A DNA stretch of 64,000 nt from the human T2T-CHM13v2.0 reference genome, Homo sapiens. The position numbers and the translations under genes are program-made. The notes under the pieces are model-generated. The model was not told the DNA's origin. It searched no databases and worked only from the letters and a program-made list of their open reading frames with translations. Below, piece by piece: positions 59,286 to 64,000 of this stretch; the stretch's first letter is position 1; each line of letters starts with the position of its first letter. The stretch lies in assembly GCF_009914755.1 (NCBI RefSeq), contig NC_060926.1. One strand, given 5' to 3'.

Positions 59286-59489
59286 GGGGTTAATAGAAAG
59301 ATGTCAATCATTCTAAATGAAGTCATTCTAAATGTAACAATCATTCTAAATAAAAAAAATTATTTAGTAATGATGTTTAATGAAATCTTATTACTTTATT
59401 TCTAAAACCTAGCTAGTAAAAAATTGACACTAAAATGAAGAGAAAAAACATGTTTTAGAAATATGGGTTTAAACCAATGATTTGAATAA

Positions 59490-59690
59490 AGCACTGGGGT
59501 AAGCAAGAAAGGGTTTTGGATAAGTCCAGGATAACATGACAAGTGCTAGGTAATTTGGAGATGGAGGAATTCTAAATCAAACTCCACCTCTTTATAACTC
59601 TCTGGAGGCTCAGTTTCTCTATTGATGCTTACAGTGAAACAGCATCCTTTAATAGCTATATTGAATTTTTAAACCATTGAGTAATTTGTA
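59490..59690 (+). mobile_element. MIR fragment
   Basis: 'taactctctggaggctcagtttctct'. Confidence 0.4.
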
Positions 59691-62600
59691 GCAGCTTTCT
59701 ATACAAGTTAGTGGTCTCAGCTGTCAGTGGATAAGACAAGTTCTACTAGCTTCTGTCTTAAAACATAATTTTAGAAATGAAAATTCTGGAAACTGTGTTT
59801 GATGAATGTAAATATAGCCTAGCTGAAACTCTAAGACATTGGAACTCTGATTCTCCTTGAAGAGAAATTGCCATTTGCTACAGAGAATAAAATACATGGA
59901 GATTAAAATATGCTGTGCTGGTGATTTTAAAAAGCCATCAAGAGAATTAAGTTAAAAATCAAAGATGAAACTGATGAAAGCCAGACCCCTGTCTCATTGG
60001 GTACTCCTCTCTAGGGTAGTTAAGATACCTGGATGGCCAAAAGAAAAAGTTACATAGGCTATGTTCAGAGAATGTGAAAACAGTATTTCTGAATAATAGG
60101 ATCTTTACAATTTTTATTTCATTAGTGAAAGTCTTTCATTATTTCCCAGTATTCTGCTTTCATCTATAATTTTCCCTCAGATGGCCACCTACATTAAATA
60201 AAACAAATGGTACTATAGTGTCACTGACTGAGAATTGTGAAGAATTTGGGGATCTAGAGTTGGAAGAACTCTAATCCAATTTAGTCAACATCAGTGTACA
60301 AATATGCACATTGAATTAGATTATGGTTGTCCTCCAGGTGGTAGCATTTAACCTCTGAAGGAGGGGTAAAATGTGATTTTAAATGTTCAAGTATTCTGGG
60401 ACTTCTTAAAGGCTGTGAGATATTGTGAAGTTTAGTTATATTAATAAAGATATTGGTAATGCATTTGCAACTATGATTTTGTAGAAGAAACCTTGCAGAA
60501 AAAAAGATACTAAGTAAAATGTAGATATGAAGTTTAGATGCAATTACAAAAATTGCTCATATTAAAATATTATTGTATTAATAATGCACCCTTGTAAAGC
60601 ATGGTTTTAAATGTTGAAGTAAAACAAATTACTTTTTATCATATGAAATAGTTTCATTTTTAATTGATTCCTTTACACTGAAATAAATACAGCAATTAAA
60701 TTACACTTAAAGATATGACATAATAAAAATATTTCTTGCCTTTAGTTTGATACGTAGGTATAGATGGTTTTTAACCTTTTAAATAGTGTTCACCTTTCTA
60801 ACTCTTGCTTTGGCAAATATGGAAAATATTAGGAGGAAATGCCTTTGAGAATTACTATTATCTAGCGTGAATTTTAGGACACGGTTAGTAATAGAACTGA
60901 GCATTTAATTATAAGATAGCTGGTGATGGTAAGACACGAGAATGAAAAAAATAACCATTAATATAATTATTTCCAAAATATAGAGATCATTAAAGTTTAG
61001 AATCTATTAATAAGCATTTTTACTCAAACTTCAAATCTTATATTAATTAATTTTGCCTTTATTCTAGCTAGAATAGTGTAATACAGCAGACCATTTCTGA
61101 ATAATAAAATGTGGCATAAATGAGGTGCTGCCACAGCACGCATTGGATTAACAGAGGATAATTTGGGACCCTGACATCTTAAGCCAGGATAACAGACGCA
61201 GGCTACATTTACCTTAAGTGGAGATGAAAACACTAATCATTATAGCCATTTGCTGTTAACAGATACTTTACAGTATTTATTGCTTTTCTCCAAGAATGGC
61301 TTCATAACAAACATTATAAACACGTTGCAGGCCCACGGGAAAGATTTGCAGTCAAATGCTGTCTCACGCTAAATTAGATTAACAGTTTCTTACTCGTCTC
61401 TAGGCCACCCCCCACTTTGTATATATACCAGCTCATCTCATGTCCTTAGCAAATACCGTTTATTTTTACACTCAGAATTATAATACATATGCCAAGATCA
61501 ACAAATAGAGAGAAAGTGAGCCATAGGTTCCTCCCCCCAGACATATGATAAGTATTAATAATTGAGTACAACACTCCTTTCCACTGATCTTTATCTGATC
61601 TTCATGCCAAAACCTTTCTCAGTGTAGTATTCCAGGAAGCTACTAACAAGTGATGCAACCTCATATGTTGAAACCTCTTTGCTATTGTGGGTCTATGCCA
61701 GTACTTTCAAGTCTCTTTGACTTTATAGCACATGTAGGTCATGAAAAATGTGGACAATACTTTGCATTAACAGATAAGGCTGCCCATAACTAGAGATCAT
61801 GAATCTGTGGGTTAGAGACCACCCAGAATGCTCATGAGATACGATAGCTCAGAACCCACTTGCTGAGCTCTGACTGATCAAGGTATTGGCACAGTCTATC
61901 CAAAAGTAGAAACAACACTGGCAGGGCAGGATCTGACATCAAGTAAGGTTTTCTTTATTCTGTATTTGCTGTGAGTGTTATTAGCTGTCAAGCTGTCTTC
62001 ATAATTGTAAGACAGTTCACAACATCATAAAAAACTTATTTTCCCAAGCCATGGATTAGGTCTTTGGATTCAATTAATCTGATACAGGTATGACAAAGCA
62101 TTCTCTTTTCAAACAGTTTATCTTAGAGATACCTGCAGAATTTCTATTAGCATATATTTCCGTCTACTCTAGTGCTAATGATCCCATTATCTGGCTATGT
62201 GTTACTGTAATTGAAATTAGCTACAGTTATATCCATCATCTTAGCCCTCATAGTCACAGATAAACAATGTGGATTTATAGCAATTCTACCTTGGCATTGA
62301 AAAGGTATCCCTTTCAGTTTCTGCCTTCAGGTAAAATGTATACTATGTGGCTTACTATTTCTGATGTGTTGATTCTATACCCTTTTGAAACATTTTTTTT
62401 TTGAAACTAGTATTTTGGATCTGATATTAAAATTCGTTCTGACCTCAAATTCATTTGCATTACAGTGTAATATTTCCTCCGTAATTTATGTCATATATGA
62501 TCTAGAAGGGGAGGTATGTATTAAAATAATTATCTCATTCAATGCAGATAATAGCTTTAAAATATATCGACATGCTTTTCCTTATAATTTTTTGTATTCA

Positions 62601-63469
62601 GCTTGAGCTCCCCTCCCCTGACAAAGAGCCACCCACTTATTTCCTGAAAGAAGGGGGTGGGTGGGTATATTAAGATTATTATAACAAGAAAGCAAAGACA
62701 GATAGTTTGGTTTTTAGATTTTGGTTCCCAAAACAGGGCACAGTGGTCAGATGTGGGTATATTGGCTTCTTCCTCTGTATGGACACACTACAGAGGAGAG
62801 TTTGGCAGTATTCTCAGAGCAGGGAAAGTCTGACAGTAGCCTGGGGAAATGGAAATAATCATAAAGATTCCCCACATTAGCCTAACTCTGGAGCGACAAG
62901 GTGCCACACAGGCATTAAGTTAGGAACGCCTGAGAAAGACGTCTTGAATCTGCATTTAAGGGCAGACTCTAAACAACCCTATTCATTACAGATTGATAGG
63001 AAGAAAGTAGCCAAGATATTTTTACCAGACCCCTAAGGGTTGGGAAAACCAGTAAATCAAAATTAGTCTGGGACTGATGAAAAGAAGCCACAAAATACAG
63101 AGATCTCACAGTCATAGGCCATGGCAGGAACATGAACTTCAGCAACATATATCTGCGTGGAGGACAAAATTTTGTAAGAGGTGCAGCCGCATTTCAGTGT
63201 GCGCTGTCACAGGACACGAACAGAGACACCTCACTGAACTGGAGACCAGTAGATATTCAGAGCACATTCTGCAGTTCACAGGATTCTTCCCTAAGATACT
63301 AACTTTGAAATAGAGAATATGGCAGGCCTACTGAAAGCAGGAAAGAGCATCCTGATAGGAAATTTGAATGTTGTATTAAATCCGAAGTGTCAGGTCTATG
63401 TGAAACAAACACCAGATAAAAACAAAATAAGACAAAAACTATTTCAACTTGAATAAAACAAATACTTTA

Positions 63470-63582
63470 AGAAAAAAATCAATTGAGCTATAATTTACAT
63501 ACCACCAAATGTATTCATTTTCAGTGTACGATTCAATCATTTTTAGTAAATTTACAGAGCTGTACAGCCCTTACCAATTCCG
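63470..63582 (-). mobile_element. L1MB-type 3' end fragment
   Basis: 'attgagctataatttacatacc..aaatgtattcattttcagtgtacgattcaat..ttttagtaaatttacagagctgtacagcc'. Confidence 0.75.
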
Positions 63583-63789
63583 ATGATGAGGAGGGGTGGA
63601 ATGGGGGCAGGGAAATTAACAATTAAAAGTAACTCACTTTTACAACATTTCAATCACTTTATTATACATACGCATACAGTTATGCATATATACACAGATT
63701 ATATTTATGAACATTTATATATATATAAACATAATGAACCTCTTCTATAAAAAAGTGTTTATTTTTCATTATTTTATCAATTATTTATA

Positions 63790-63945
63790 TAATTCATTCA
63801 TTTAATGATTTTTATATTGAGAAATATGGAGAACACAAAGTAGAATAAAATTGTCTTTCTGTTTAAGAATTTCATAGCTTGGTGTGAAAGATAGTCACGA
63901 AAACAAATAATGACAGTACTTGATGAAAAGTTTTATGACAGATGT
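63790..63945 (-). mobile_element. L2 3' end fragment
   Basis: 'attcattcatttaa', 'ggagaacacaaagtagaataaaa..aagaatttcatagc'. Confidence 0.5.
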
Positions 63946-64000
63946 ATTCCCTGGAATTATTTCATCTCTTTCATACTCCTTACAACCCTATGAAATAAGC

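Noticed and set aside
61773-61881. AG...GT-bounded exon-like stretch
   Set aside because: Stops in all three frames and a weak donor (gtattg); indistinguishable from chance.

Overview
This is primate (human-like) AT-rich, repeat-dense genomic DNA with no recognisable host protein-coding gene, RNA gene or CpG-island promoter. It is probably intergenic or deep intronic. Almost every listed ORF is a translation artefact of L1, Alu, MaLR or ERV repeats. The window holds the 3' 2.2 kb of a young L1PA with a dead ORF2 (1-2212), 13 Alu elements or fragments, and many MIR, L2 and old L1M pieces. LTR content includes MLT1, MST, THE1, ERV-L/MLT2, MER74, MER4/MER41 and MER52-like internal sequence. A ~13 kb nested L1 stack (30.4-43.6 kb) includes a twin-priming-type 5' inversion. 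The most unusual signal is a set of templated repair scars. A 330-bp inverted copy of 19781-20097 sits cleanly in the central linker of an Alu (15784-16113) that lies 32 bp from an inverted AluY. A second Alu is amputated at the same linker and capped by a perfect 14-bp fold-back (25783-25814). Another fold-back lies at 51447-51471. Repeat subfamily names come from by-eye recall of consensus sequences, and boundaries of old repeats are approximate. No database search was run.
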